The notes: a model not told the origin generated them from the letters alone. Counted from the whole stretch's first letter, positions 15,501-30,527 are shown. The stretch: 63,092 nucleotides of DNA, filler included, from Kipferlia bialata (GCA_003568945.1; 4 parts of 4 records of this genome joined end to end with filler, not necessarily neighbours in it), one strand, 5' to 3'. Numbers and translations: made by a program.

Positions 15501-16635
15501 ATATGTATATATATGAATACATATAGGTACCTGCATGCCCCTCACTGCAGCACAGACGGTACATCAGGGTAGGTGTATATACTAGAATCCACATACCCAC
15601 ACCCACCCTCTATATAGGATGTTACACTCATCTAGATAGCTAGTTACATACCTGCATGCCCCTGACTGCAGCACAGACGGCGTCTCTGAAGATGGCCCTG
15701 TCCTGAGGTCAGGAGAGAGGTAGAGAATCAATAGAGATATATGTCAGAGATCAACATAACAGGTAGGGTACCAGCATGCAGCTATTTATGGGAGAGAGAG
15801 ACAAAAGGATGAGTGCTCTCGATATTGCTAACAAGTAGAGTGGAAACTGTCCTGATATCAAGAATGTGCCAAGCATCAGGATATATATAGAAACATAACC
15901 ATGTACAAATATTGATGTATGAATGTATGTATGTATTCACCATACGTTGTCTATTATCAGCCTTAACATAGGATATCCATACCTGAGCCAGTGTCCGTGC
16001 ATAGAACAGTAGTGCTCTGATGAGAGTGGGCTCTCTCTCCCTCTCTCTCTCGACATCCACCTTCTCTCCCTCTGCCTCTCCCCCTGTGAAGAGGTTGGCT
16101 ACTAGGAGAGTCATCAGGAGGGTGGGAATGTGGAGAGACACCTGCCTAAGAGTGCCCTATGGTAAGTAAACAACATTAAATAGTATAGTGAATAGTATAT
16201 ATTGCAGTGTATCTTTAAGGAGAGTCAGCAGGGTGAGTATGGGGAGGGAGACTTCCTAACAGTGCCCTGAAGTGAAAGCCCACCTATATACTTATATAAG
16301 AATAGTACAATTATTGTACAGCTACTTATTACACATATTGTGTAATAAGTACTATCATATGCATATGTTGAGTACTGATACCTGCCACAGCATCGACAAC
16401 ACAATACTTGTGTACATACAAATACATTATTTCATTGTTATTGAATACTGTTGTACATACTCAGTTTACTGATACCTGTGACAGCATCCCTGAGAGACAG
16501 GTGACAGCGAGGACAACAATGTCTGGTGGTTAGATATATATATATATGGCACATAGACACACACACACAGAGAGAGAGAGAGAAAGAGAGATATACAGGT
16601 GACAGCAAGGACCATAATGTCTGGGGATTAGATAT

Positions 16636-16676
<41 letters not shown>

Positions 16677-19199
16677 GGTATGGGACACAGTGCTGCGATA
16701 TATAATACTAGACATGTATAAATGTACCTGTGTTTGATGTATCCCCCTGCGACGCTATATACTATATACTATATACTATATATATATGGACATTGAATCA
16801 CACTATACATACCTGTGTTTGATGTATCTCCCTGCGTGATATATGAGTGTGTGTGGCCAGGTACAGGTACATACACCCACTCCTCACTCTCGTATGACAT
16901 GGGCACATCACCCTCACTCTCACTGTCAACCGCCTCTCTCTCCCTCTCCCTCTCCCTCTCCCTCTCTCTGGGGACTAGTTGGACAAGGGGGGTCAGGATG
17001 TCAAGCAATACCTAACGTGAGTATGTACTATCGTGAATGAACTATCATTAATACTCTACTATACTGTTGATAATTGGGTACTACTTGGACGAGGGGGGTC
17101 AGGATGTCAAGGAGGACCTGAGTGTTAGTAGATAGAGTAATATAGTATATTATGAATGTCAAAATATGCAGTATGGAACAATAATATATGTAAAGAGGGA
17201 TGTCAAGAAGAACCTGAGGTTAACGACAATATGTCTCTATAGGTAGTAAATATTCTTTATCTATATATACCACAGTATTCATACCTTATCAGCCTCCAGC
17301 TCCACCATGACCCGTCTATACATATGGTATACATAGTATATAGCATATATATACAGAGGGTATATACCATAGTATCCATCCATACCTTGTCTGCCTCCAG
17401 CTCCACCATGACCCGCCTCCTGGCCTCCATACCACACACGCCGTCCCTGAGGGTTAGTATATATATAGGTTTGTATATATATACACACATACATACATAT
17501 ATATATGGATAGATATACATAGAAGGAGAGAGAATGAGACTGTCTCCTTGCCTCCATGCCACACACACCGTCCCTAGGGGTAAGGAAGAGGATAGAGTGA
17601 ACAAGTATATATTCCAAGAGATTATTACTGGACTGTCTTCTGGCCTCCATGCCACACACACCATCCCTGGGGGAAAGTAGTATATATGCATATATATACA
17701 TATATGTATATATATACATAAATATAGAGAGAGAAGGAGAGAGAATGCGACTGTATCTATGCCACAAACATCATCCCTAAGGGAAAGCATATATGTATAC
17801 ATATAGAGAGAGAACATAGTGTGTCAGTATATATATATACTTTTGTCCTGTGTGTACCTTAGTGCCTTCAATGCCTGGCTGAGTGTGTCAGATGTGGAGT
17901 ATACATGTATATATACAGAGTTACTACACTGTTTATATATATGTGTATATACTATATACTATTCTGTACCTGAGTGCCTTGAGTGCCTGGCTGAGAGTGT
18001 CTGATGTGGAGTATACAAAAGGTCTATACTAAATACTATATGCATAATATACTATATACAATACATACTATCCCAACCTCAATGCCTTGAGTGCCTGGCT
18101 GAGTGTGTCTGATGTGGATGCAGACACCACAGAGGATAGCAGATCCTGACTGACCTAGTGGTTAAAAAATACAGTGGCGAGAGAGAGGGGGAGGGAGGAA
18201 GGAAGGGGAGGAGACAGAGAGAGAGAGAGAGTCAGATGTGGATGCAGACACCACAGAAGATAGCAGATCGTGGCTGACCTAGAGTGAGGGTATATAGGGG
18301 AAAAGGGGGATGCACAGAGACAGAGACAGAGAGACAACAGAAGGTCCTGGTTACCCTTTGATAAGAGTCTATATACTAAAGGAGAGAGAGAGAGAGAGAG
18401 ATGTGGATGCAGACACAATAGAGGATAACATGTCCTGGCTCTCCAATGAGGTAAGTACATAGAAAGGATAGGAGAGGGAGAGGGAGATAGAGGGAGATAT
18501 ATATATATAGAGAGGGGGGGGGGGGGAGTGAAAGACAGTTGAATGCAGAGGGCTGAACCGACCTGTGATAGGATACTAGCTTACACTCAATCCAGTCACT
18601 CAAAGTCAAGTACTTAGAGAGAGGGAGTCTCACGGGATACTATTCTATTCTGTAGTATACTATCAGACACTCACCCTTCTCAGCATGGACTCATCCAGAC
18701 TTATTGTACAGAGAGAGGGAGTACCAGTACCTCAATCACTAGATACAATACTAACTCTAAGTACTCACCCTTCTCAGCATGGACTCATCACCCAGACTCA
18801 TTGTAGGTTGGTATACAACTCAACTATCTAGATACTATATATAAGTACTTATACTTATATATATATAAGTACTCACCCTTCTCAGCATGGACTCATCACC
18901 CAGACTCATCCTACAGAGAGGGTACTGGTATGTATATATTACTATAGAAGGCTGTACTAAACACTATCATATAGTGAGAACTCACCCTTCTCAGCATGGA
19001 TTCATCACCCAGACTCAGGGACATCTCTCTCTCTCTCTCAGTGTCTCTCTCTCTTGCTGTGAGAGAGTGAGCAAGACTACAGCTCAACACACACTTGAGG
19101 AGAGAGAGAGGGCTCCCTCTCGGCCTTCAGCCACTGGCATTCCTCCACTACAGTCCTCAGCCACTGGCATTCCCCCACTACAGTCCTCAGCCACTGGCA
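7363..19199 (-). CDS. Large multi-exon hypothetical alpha-solenoid (HEAT/ARM-like) protein, 5'-truncated by the contig end
   Basis: Many GT-AG exons with CTNACCCCCAG-type acceptors, e.g. VSLHIPTLLMTLLVANLF...PTLIRALLFYARTLAQ, AVLNTLHSYPVAVGAWACRALCRFLGTLPLSLNTLVEVLDLSPR, RVRTEAMRVLCNLLTPVSSKSQALR and DSLIYAVLVCVCNMAPSVKHP...LIRLMLSATPR. The last exon LYTARGG...EECL ends in TGA at 7363-7365. No family recognised. Confidence 0.6.
19127..19199. repeat. 30-bp tandem repeat (about 2.5 copies) at the contig end
   Basis: Unit cagccactggcattcc(t/c)ccactacagtcct repeats up to the N gap. On the minus strand it reads CQWLRTVV(G/E)E, in frame with the flanking exon. Confidence 0.8.
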
Positions 19200-19299
19200 N
19201 NNNNNNNNNNNNNNNNNNNNNNNNNNNNNNNNNNNNNNNNNNNTTAATTAATTAANNNNNNNNNNNNNNNNNNNNNNNNNNNNNNNNNNNNNNNNNNNN
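19200..19299. other. Artificial contig-join spacer
   Basis: N run, TTAATTAATTAA (stops in all six frames), N run; exactly 100 nt and the same design as the two other joins. Confidence 0.97.
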
Positions 19300-19329
19300 T
19301 GGTATATATATCATATATATCATATATCA

Positions 19330-19471
19330 TATATATCATATATATATATACCTTTGGTGCGTATGTGTTGGACCCTATGCTGACCCTGAAGGCAGCAGGG
19401 CGCATGTCACTGAGTGAGTAAGCGTCATACCAGTAATAGCATGTAGACTATATTCAAAGTGTAGTGTATAT

Positions 19472-19504
<33 letters not shown>

Positions 19505-20885
19505 AATATCAAGTGTGCTGACCCTGAAGGCAGCAGGACGCATGTCACTAGGGGGTGAGTAAGAGTCATACCAGTAATAGCATGTAGACTATATTCAAAG
19601 TGTAGTATATATATACATACATATATATAAATATCAAGTGTGCTGACCCTGAAGGCAGCGGGACGCATGTCACTGGATGTAAAGACGACAGAACCACAAT
19701 ACACACTGTATATACATAGTATACAGATGAATACAAATATGTATGTATATTGAGTGTACTGACGCAGCAGGGCGCATGTCACTAGGGAGTCATACGGATA
19801 GAACATATATATGTAAGTGTATGTAAAGGTATACAATCTAAACTATTGAATACCTCGTGTACAGCAGAGGGAGTCTGTATAGTATATATAGTATAGTATA
19901 GTATATACATAGTATAGTATAGTGTATATATATTCCAGTTAGTACACCTTGCATACAGCAGAGGGAGTCTGATTTCAAACACCCATTATATATACAATTA
20001 CATATAGAGTAAAGTATACTATATATATAGTACTATAAAATATGTATAAGTATAGTATTAACACCTTGTGTACAACAGAGGCAGTCTGATCTCAAACACC
20101 CTTCCATTATTCACATATATATAGTTATAATTACATATAGAGTTAAGTATACTATATATATATACTATATATAGAGTACAATATACATATGAATAAGTAT
20201 AGTAGTGTGTACCTAGTGTATAATAGAGGCAGTCTGATCTCAAACACCCTCCCATTCAGTCTGGGTGCCCTGTACAGATCGACAGGGATGTCGACGAGGG
20301 CGGCCTCACTTGGGGTTAGGGTATATATACATACATATAGGGGGGAGGGAGAGTTGTCAACAAGAGTGGTCTCACATACATACAGTGGTCTCACATACAT
20401 ACATTGGATAACCCTGGTATCTGACATAAATGCAAATACCTGTCCATGACCGCTGGAATAGCCACCCTTGCCAGTGACACAGACATACATATATAGACCC
20501 CTACCGCTATATAGTAAATAGTACACACGCATATATATATACTATATACTATATATATATACTATATACCTGTCCATCACTGCTGGTATGGCCACCCTTG
20601 CCAGTGACACAGAGAGACGGGAGGACGGCTGGATGATGTCGCTGGAGGGTAAGGGACAGAGGGTGAGAAAATGGGATAACACACTATACAAGTACACTAT
20701 CCCAATGATGTGCAACATATATCAAAATACAACTGTACCTATGAGTGACTGGCCGGAGCAGCTCTGCCAGCAGAATCTGGTACATGCTGCCCTTGCCAAC
20801 ACCTAGGTATTAAGGGTGTAGAGGGAGAGAGAGAGAGAGAGAAATTCTAATATATATATACTGAGGAATGAGTGTATAGGGGTGT

Positions 20886-20916
<31 letters not shown>

Positions 20917-23900
20917 AAGATACCTGGCTCTCCCATAATATATATATGTGAACATGTATACATAATTGAATATACCTGGTTCTATATACATGTGTGAATA
21001 GTGTAGATATGTATGTGTGTATAGATATATATTGAGCTTAATATACCTGGTTCTCCCATGGACAGCACTGGCACCTGGACATATACCTATATATACATAC
21101 ATATACCAAAGAGTGTAGATATATATATATATATATGCATATCTATCTATACACACATACCTGGTTCTCCCATGGACAGGACTGGCACCTGGGCACCCCT
21201 CAGGTTGATGGCATCGATGAACCTAGGGGGTGAGATGTATATGAATATATATATACGTAAACATATATACATAAAGGGAGAGAGAGAAAGACAGGTATGG
21301 TACCTCTGCAGAATGGCCGGTGTCACATTGTACCCGTGGCGTCTGATGATCTTCTCGACCTGGGGGTAAGGGTATAAGTATATATATATATAGACATAGA
21401 TATACATATATAGATAGATAGAGAGAGAGAGAGAGAAACAAAATAATAGTGTCATTGTACCCGTGGCGTCTGATGATCTTCTCGACCTAGGGTTATGAGT
21501 ATATATAGAGCATACACAGACACACACACATATATACATATACCATTAGAGTGGAGTATTGAAGACGAATCATGTGTGAGATCTCGAAGTGTCCTCACCT
21601 CCAATCTCTGAGCAATCTCCCTCTCCCTGTCCTCCGACTCACTCTTGGAGGCACGGCTGGATGTCAGAAGACAATATATATAAGAGAGAGAGAGAGGTAT
21701 AGGAAAGGGGACGTTATTCATAATACATTATATACATATATCTCCCTGTCCTCCGCCTCACTCCTGGAGGCACGGCTGGGGTGAGTAATGTATACATATA
21801 TGAGAGAGAGAGGTGTATATAGACAGCTAGATGCTTAGGGATATAGAGAGATGAGTATCCATATATCTTCATGTCCTCTGCCTCCTGGAGGCACGGCTGG
21901 GGGTTAAAGCATGGTAAATACTAAACACTGCTCATCATACAATGTAGTACTCATAGAGGCAGGGTTAGGGTGAGGGGGCGGTATAGTAATAACTGAAGTG
22001 TATACACACCTCTTTGCCACTGGGTGTGTCATTGGCATATGTATATATGTATGTGTGTGTGTGTGTGTATATATAGTATCAATATGCACTATGTACTATA
22101 CATGTACCTCTTTGCCACCGGGTGTGTGTCATTGGCACTGAGCAGAGCAGCAAGGAGCTTGATCATCATGCGGTAGTCCTGGGGGTTAACCATTGTATAT
22201 TGATAGTATTACATATCTAATATATGGCATGCATCAGTGTGGTAGTCCTAGGGGTAACAGAGTACTCAACAAGACAAACAGAGAGACAAAGACTGCTGGA
22301 TACGCATGGGACAGATATCTGCACACAACCACATATATACATAGGTACTTCAACACACTAGATACATGTACAGTATACATACATACATACCTGCTCCGGG
22401 TCTCCCCCCAGTCTGTACAGGGGCACAGAGCGGAACTTCTTCTAAGGGGTTAGATGGGTACCATATCCACACTATATACACATAGTACATATATACTATA
22501 TGTATATACTAATGTACACTACATATACATACTATATATACCTGTCCAAATGTGAATATGCCGGATGCCTCCATGGACGGGTCCTGCTCGATGCAGTATC
22601 GGGACATCTTGCACTCCTAGGGGGTTAGATACATATATAGGTATATATGAATATCAATTATGTATATATTTACGATATAGTAATGGGAGATGTGCTCGAT
22701 GAAGTATCGGGACATCTTGCACTCCTCGAGGGTTAGAGAGAGAGATAGAGATATAGAGAGGCAATTGGTAAAGTAGTGGAAGGTCTGTCACTCCATACTA
22801 CTCGAGGGTATACATTAATACACACATATATACACTATATACAATCTCCAACCTCGAGTGTCTGTCCGAGTGGAGGGCAAGAAGTTACACTACTCATTGA
22901 ATATGTATATACCATAGATATAGATTAACTATATATGCTCTATATATAGTGTATCATCCACATACCTCCAGGATAGACGTGTCTGTCCGGGTGGAGGGCA
23001 GGACCATGACAGCCTGGGGGTCAGGAACATATATACATATATATGAATATATATATATGTATACATGTATATATAATAATACTATCATGTGAAAGTGTGA
23101 TAGTTGTGTATATGGGCAAGACCATGACAGCCTGGGGGTGAGGAACATATGAATACATACCATTTCAAGAGAGAGACAACAGCAAGAATGATCAACATAT
23201 TCGTTCACTGACCAGCTTCACATACTCCCAGAGTCACTAACCTGTAGCTTTACTTTAGCACTCATTGGATTGGGGTGGGGCAGGAAGACCAGCCTCATGT
23301 TGACATCCTCCAGCAGAGGCTCAGTCTCTCTCTCTCTCTCTGTCCCTGTCTCTCCCTCTCCATCTGAATATGAGAACAAACACAGTGAGGGTGTAGACTA
23401 AAGAACTCAACGGGGGTAGAGAGAGATCCTATACCTGCAGCCTTCCCAGTCACTGGGGAGAGCCTCTCGCCCTTGATTAGGGCAACCCTGGAGTGAGACA
23501 ACCTCAATACGTAGTTGGAATGCATTCATATATATACTATGTTTACTATGTTTACAGTACAGAAACTCTACTACTACTTCTTGGATGTTTCCACTGTGAG
23601 GAGTATATCGATAAATACAATACACAAAACATACCATACCCATACATACACAGTATACAATGCCCATCTATCTATACCTGTTCTTGAACGTGTCCACTGT
23701 GGACACACGCACAATATACATACTAGTCCATATATATACATATACCTCAGTATATATATATGTACATATATACACACACATATACATATATCTAGATACA
23801 TATATATATACCTGTTCTTGAACGTGTCCACTGTGAGCACTGTGGACACACGCACAAGGGCGTCAAACAGACCCCTGGAGAGTTAGCACGTATACTAGAG

Positions 23901-24085
23901 GTGGACATATACATATATATACATGGAGTTATCTATGTATAGATATAGGCACAAGGGCATCGAAGAGACCCCTGGAGAGTGAGTGGAGAATAGTGATAGG
24001 TTGAGGCACATAGCGACAGCGAAATATGTCAAATGAACGAGAATACAGAAGAAACACTGTCCCCTTACTGTATATAAAATAAATA

Positions 24086-24131
<46 letters not shown>

Positions 24132-26366
24132 TGATGTGGTATATGTCCACTGTGTTGATGATGCGGAAGAAGGTACATATATATACATATATACATATAT
24201 TTATATATATATACACATATATAGTAGTGTCCCTATACTCTATCATGTGGCATATACAGATAGTACCATACCTGATGTGGTATATGTCCACTGTGTTGAT
24301 GATGCGGAAGAAGGTGTGGCCCAGGATCCTGGGGGTAAGAATAGGGCATATATATATGGATAGATAGATAGATATATAGACAGGTAGAGAGAGAGAGAGA
24401 GAGAGATGCGGAAGAGGGTGTGGCCAAGGATCCTGGGGGTGAGTACTAGAAGAGTAATGCATGTGTGTATATATAAAGAAGGTCCAGACCATATGGCACA
24501 TAGAACACAGTATATATATACATGTAAATACCTGATGAAAGTGTCAATCTCAGTTAATGATAGGCCCCTCCCACACTCCACAGACAGCCTTGAGAGGAGA
24601 TCGAGACCAGCCTTGACAACGTCATCAGAGACACGGCCACCCTGGACCTATGGTTAGTAGTCTCTCTCTCTCCTACATGTAGAAGACTTGAAGTACAAGG
24701 ACTGGGGGATAGTAATGATGATTCTAACCTGTGGCCCCATCTCATTCTTGATCTGCTGCATGTGCTATTCAGCAGAATACACCTATACTCTGTACTAACA
24801 TATATATAGTATATATATATATATACTTGGTTACATAGTGTATATACTTGGTTATATACTCACTTGGGGTCCCATCTCATTCTTGATCTGCTGCATGTGC
24901 TTCTCGGCAGAATACACATATACTCTGTACTAACATTATATAGTATATATAATAGTATACATATATATATATATACATACATATATATACCTGTGGTCCC
25001 ATCTCATTCTTGATCTGCTGCATGTGCTTCTCAGCTGCATGGGCACTCTTCTTGACAGACTGCTTGAAGGACTAGATGTTAGTATATGTATATAAGAAAA
25101 ATGTATATATATATAGAGAGAGAGAGAGAGCGAGAGAGAGAGAGTAGTATGGGCACTCTTCTTGACAGACTGCTTGAAGGACTGGGTATTAGTATACATA
25201 TATAGATAGAGAGAGAGCGAGAGAGAGAGAGAGAGAGAGAGAGAGTAGTAGCATGGACACTCTTCTTGACAGACTGCTTGAAGGACTAAGGGTAAGTACT
25301 ACATGTCTGAAAAGAGAGAGAGAGAGAGAGAGAGACACGTACACTCATCGCAAGAGAGTACATACACATATGAATATACCTTGGTCTGTACCAACTGATG
25401 GCACGTGGCCACCACCACAAAGCATATCCTGGACCACTGGGAGATGGGGGAGTAGGAGGTGCCAATAGCCTAGGGGTGAGGTATATGTATATACTGTATA
25501 TACTATGTATATACATATATATATTATGTATATCCTGGACCACTGGGAGATGGGGGAGTATGATGTGCCGATATCCTAGAGGTAAGCAACGAACGAATGA
25601 TATATATACAGCGAATACAGTATATACCTCACTGTCTGCGTCCTTGTCCCCTGCATGCACCCCCACTCTATGTATAGTGTATATACTATACTATATACAC
25701 TATCATATATAAATATATAGTATATATACCTCGCTGTCTGCGTCCTTGTCCCCTGCATGCACCCCCACCCTGTGTACAGTGTATATACTATACTATATAC
25801 ACTACTATATATATAGATGTATATACTGACCTCACTATCAGCGTCCCTGTCCCCTGCATGCACCCCCACCCTGTGTATGGACACATAGGACTGGGGCTTG
25901 GCCTTGTACTTGGCAGCTGTGGAGCCTAAGGGGGTAGAGAGAGAGAGAGAGAGAGAGGTGACTGGGCCTTGTACTTGGCAGCAGTGGAGCCTAGTAGGGT
26001 CAGAAGACATATACATATATACACTTGTATATATATAGTTATATATATATATGTATATATATATATAGGACTGGGCCTTGGATTTGTACTTGGAGGCTTT
26101 CGATCCTAGGGGGTTAGAGAAGAGAGAGTGGGGGGGAAGATGGAGGGAGAGAGAGGGGGGGGAGAGAGAGAGAGATGACTGGGCCTTGGCCTTGTACTTG
26201 GCAGCAGTGGAGCCTAGGGTTAGAGAGATAGTTTGGGAGTATCCAGAAATGGACATAGCAGCTATGTATATAGTACACACACATACCCAGCAGGAAGTGT
26301 GACACTGGAAGGAGTGTGTCGAGGTAGGCCTCGGGGGTCATGTCCACATCAGGCTGATATAAGGGT

Positions 26367-26400
<34 letters not shown>

Positions 26401-27184
26401 GCCTCTGGGGTCATGTCCACATCAGGCTGATATAAGTGTGTATAAGGGTGTCGACAGAGAGAGAGAGAGAGAGAGAGAGAGTCCAGAGAGGTCCCCACCA
26501 GGCTCTGGGGGGAGACGTGTACAGTAATACTAATACAACAGAATAACCATTTAGTGTACAATGAACTACCCCTACCTCCTTTGCCTCCCCCTTCTTCCCC
26601 TTTCTCTTCTTGGCCTTCTTGGGCTTCTTGCCCCGGTTGGCTATGACCTAAGGGTAAGGAACACATTAATATATCATATATACTATATATATACTATATA
26701 TATACTATATATTCTATATAGTAGCATATGTCTATATACAATATGACCTTCTTGGGCTTCTTGCCCCGGTTGGCAATGACCTAAGGGTAAGCGAATATTG
26801 AGTTGGTGAGTGTGACTATGTATATACACTATATGTATGGTATATCAATAAACCTGTTGGCGTGTCCTGAGGACATGGAACAGGTATCGGTACAAAGTAT
26901 ATATATACCACTATACACAGTATATGTAATACATATAGTATAACGATACAAATTATAATGTGTAGAAAATGAGCACCTGCTGTGGTGTCCTGAGTACATG
27001 GAACAGGTGGTATACATACTATACATATATAATATACTCTATCCACTGAATATACATACACTATATATACAGTATATATACAGTATATATACCTGCTGAG
27101 GTGTCCTGAGGACATGGAACAGGTGGTATATATTACCATACTATATATGAATACTAATGTATTTTACAATACTCTGGGCACAGC

Positions 27185-27215
<31 letters not shown>

Positions 27216-27316
27216 TATATCTATATACACCTGCTGTGGTGTCCTGAGGACATGGAACAGGTGGTAGTTGGGCACGAGGGACTGGGGGACAAGGGCTGAG
27301 ATAAGGATATATGAAT

Positions 27317-27356
<40 letters not shown>

Positions 27357-28431
27357 TTGGGCACAGGGGACAAGGGCTGGAGGGTGAGGATACAGAAGCA
27401 TGCACATACACTATATGTAGGCATCACACACATATATATAGTAACTGGGTCTGTCTTGACTGGATCCATATACACACATATCAGATAGATACTACATTAT
27501 GACATATACACCATATACAATATGTATATGTATACACACACATATATACATATATATACAGTACCTGGGTTTGTCTTGACTGGATCCACCGAGCACAGGG
27601 TCCTGTCAGACAGAGAGCCTGGGGGTCAGTGTGTATATACTCATACTGTACAGTGTATATACATATATTATATATATATACCGAGCACAGTGTCCTGTCA
27701 GAGAGGGAGCCTGGGGGTCAGAGAGGTACATATCAGAGGAAACAGCAACAGCTAAACGTATGTAGAATTCACAAGTATAGGGTTTCACACTCTATGCATA
27801 GTATACCTAGTGCTGGTAGTTCTAGGAACAGGTGCATCTTGCACCCCACCCTGAGACAGGGGCTGAAGGTGTACAGGCCAGTGTCATCTGATATCAGAGA
27901 GAGAGAGGAAGAGAGAGAGGGAGGGAGAGAGGGAGATGTATACAGCATATACTCTAGTTGTATAGAGTACATATAGATACAATAGAAATAGGCTGAAGGT
28001 GTAGAGGCCAGTGTCATCTGGAATGAGATACATACTGTATACAATACAAGTGCCATATGTACAAAGAGTACAGGGAGAGGGAAAGACAGTCACTAACCTG
28101 TCACACTTCCAGTGAGCAATAGGTTGGTCAGCACATGGTGTACAGCGATGTATATAAACACATAAATATATAGTATACTCACATACCTGTCACACTCCCA
28201 GTGAGTAATAGGTTGGTCAGCACATGGTGCACAGCAGTGGGTATATTGTGAGTAATAGGTTGGTCAAGACGTGGTGGACAGCAGTATGTATATATATATA
28301 TATATAGTATATAAATATACGTTTATAAATAAATATATATACCTGTCACAGATCCTGTCAACAGCAGGTTGGTCAGCACATGGTGCACAGCAGTATGTAT
28401 ATATATATATATATAGTATATATATATATAC

Positions 28432-28472
<41 letters not shown>

Positions 28473-29221
28473 GGATATATACCTGTAACACTCCCTGTCA
28501 ATAGCAGGTTGGTCAGCACATGGTGCACGGCGGTGGGGTCAGCAAATAGACTCAGGTCCTGAGGGGGTTAGATACGGCGTATAACATATACACTGTGTAT
28601 AATGTAGTATATAATCTAGTATACATATATACTAACAGACACACATATATATAGACAGCGGTGGGATCGGCAAACAGACTCAGGTCCTGAAGGTTATATA
28701 ACTGATGCTTACAATACATTCTGGGTGTGTAATAGTGTAGTATACAAATACATGTACTAATATGTATATAGTATATATGCACAGTGGGGTCGGCAAATAG
28801 ACTAAGGTCCTGGGGGGGGTTAGATACAGATATGGAGGCGTGGGTTTCTATATAAATTTTTTTTCTATATATATTCATATTTGTGTATTCACACACCATG
28901 TGGAGTCCAATGTTCTGCTTGTTCTCTAATTCTCCCTCTCTCTCTCTCCCTCCACTATCTCTCTCTTTCCCTTTCTACATATACACATATACATATATAT
29001 ATACATACATATATATACATGTTACATACCATGTGGAGTCCAATGTTCTGCTTGTTCTTGGGGGCAGCTGGGCTGAAGGAGGCCTGGGGTGAGGGGGATA
29101 TACACATTTATACATAGAGTATATACATAAAGAGTATATACGATATTCATATACACATACAGCTGGGCTGAAGGAGGCCTGGGATAAGGGGGGTGGAGAA
29201 TATTAGTATATACAGCAATAT

Positions 29222-29257
<36 letters not shown>

Positions 29258-29853
29258 GAGCATATTATGTATATCAGCTGGGCTGAAGGAGGCCTAGAGT
29301 GAGTCTTAGCACTTAGACAGAGGATACAACTAATATAAATAGAGTATATACATCAGAGTTTATACTGTAGGGCTGAAGGAGGCCAAAGACCATACCTGGT
29401 AGAGCTCTGAACAGGGACCAAGGGCCACAGTATATATATATTGAATGTACATATATGACATATGACACTGATTGAATAGTACATACATACACTTAAAAGT
29501 ACCCTATATATATATGCTGTACCTGGTTGAGCTCTGAACAGAGGCCTAGTGCGACGCATGAGTTGTAGGACTCGTCAAAGATAAGCCTGGGGTCAATCTA
29601 TACACATAGATATACATATATACTTATAGATATATACATACATATGTAGATATACATAGAAAGACAGAGAGATGCTGTAGGACTCATCGAAGATAAGCCT
29701 GGGATAAAGTCTAATCAAAATAGATTAAATGACACCAAATAATACTGTATCGCAAAATATGGAGAGCGATATACATATCCACATATATACCTCCTTCTGC
29801 ATGCACTCCCCAGACTTCATACATGCAACATAGTATACTGTATACATATTGTA

Positions 29854-29897
<44 letters not shown>

Positions 29898-30127
29898 CCT
29901 CCTCCTACAGGCACTGCCCAGTCTCAATAGGGCACTCCTCATCAGGACATGGTGGATACACATAGTATACTGTATACATAATGTATATATATATATATAT
30001 ATATATATTAGTATATATATACCTTCTCCTACATGCACTGCCCAGTCTGAGCAGGGCACTCCTCATCAGGACATGGTGGGTCTTGCCACTGCCAGGGGCA
30101 CCTAGGTATAAGGTATACATATATATG

Positions 30128-30159
<32 letters not shown>

Positions 30160-30492
30160 CATGGTGGGTCTTGCCACTGCCAGGGGCACCTGGAGGGTTA
30201 GGTATACATATATATATATATATATATAGGGAGAGAGAGAGAGAGACATGGTGGGTCTTGCCACTGCCAGGGGCACCTGGATACATAAGTATGCATATAT
30301 ATGTACATATATAGGTACATTACTGTATATATATATATATATAGGGAGAGATAGAGACATGGTGGGTCTTGCCACTCCCAGGGGCACCTGAGGTTAACAC
30401 CATATATGTATACAACACTATGAATGCGGGTATATATATAGGGGGGGGGGGACTGCCAGGGGCACCTAGGGGGTTAAAGAGTATATACGTAA

Positions 30493-30527
<35 letters not shown>

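Noticed and set aside
19244..19255. TTAATTAATTAA palindrome inside N runs, three occurrences
   Set aside because: It is a six-frame-stop linker between concatenated contigs. The contigs are at least 19199, 19186 and 19171 nt, consistent with length sorting, so adjacency across the joins has no biological meaning.
29905..30387. Tandem P-loop repeat protein or mutually exclusive exons suggested by repeated GAPGSGKTHH
   Set aside because: The extra copies lack a donor site and run into microsatellite. Only 30023-30101 has both splice sites, so the rest are treated as echoes.
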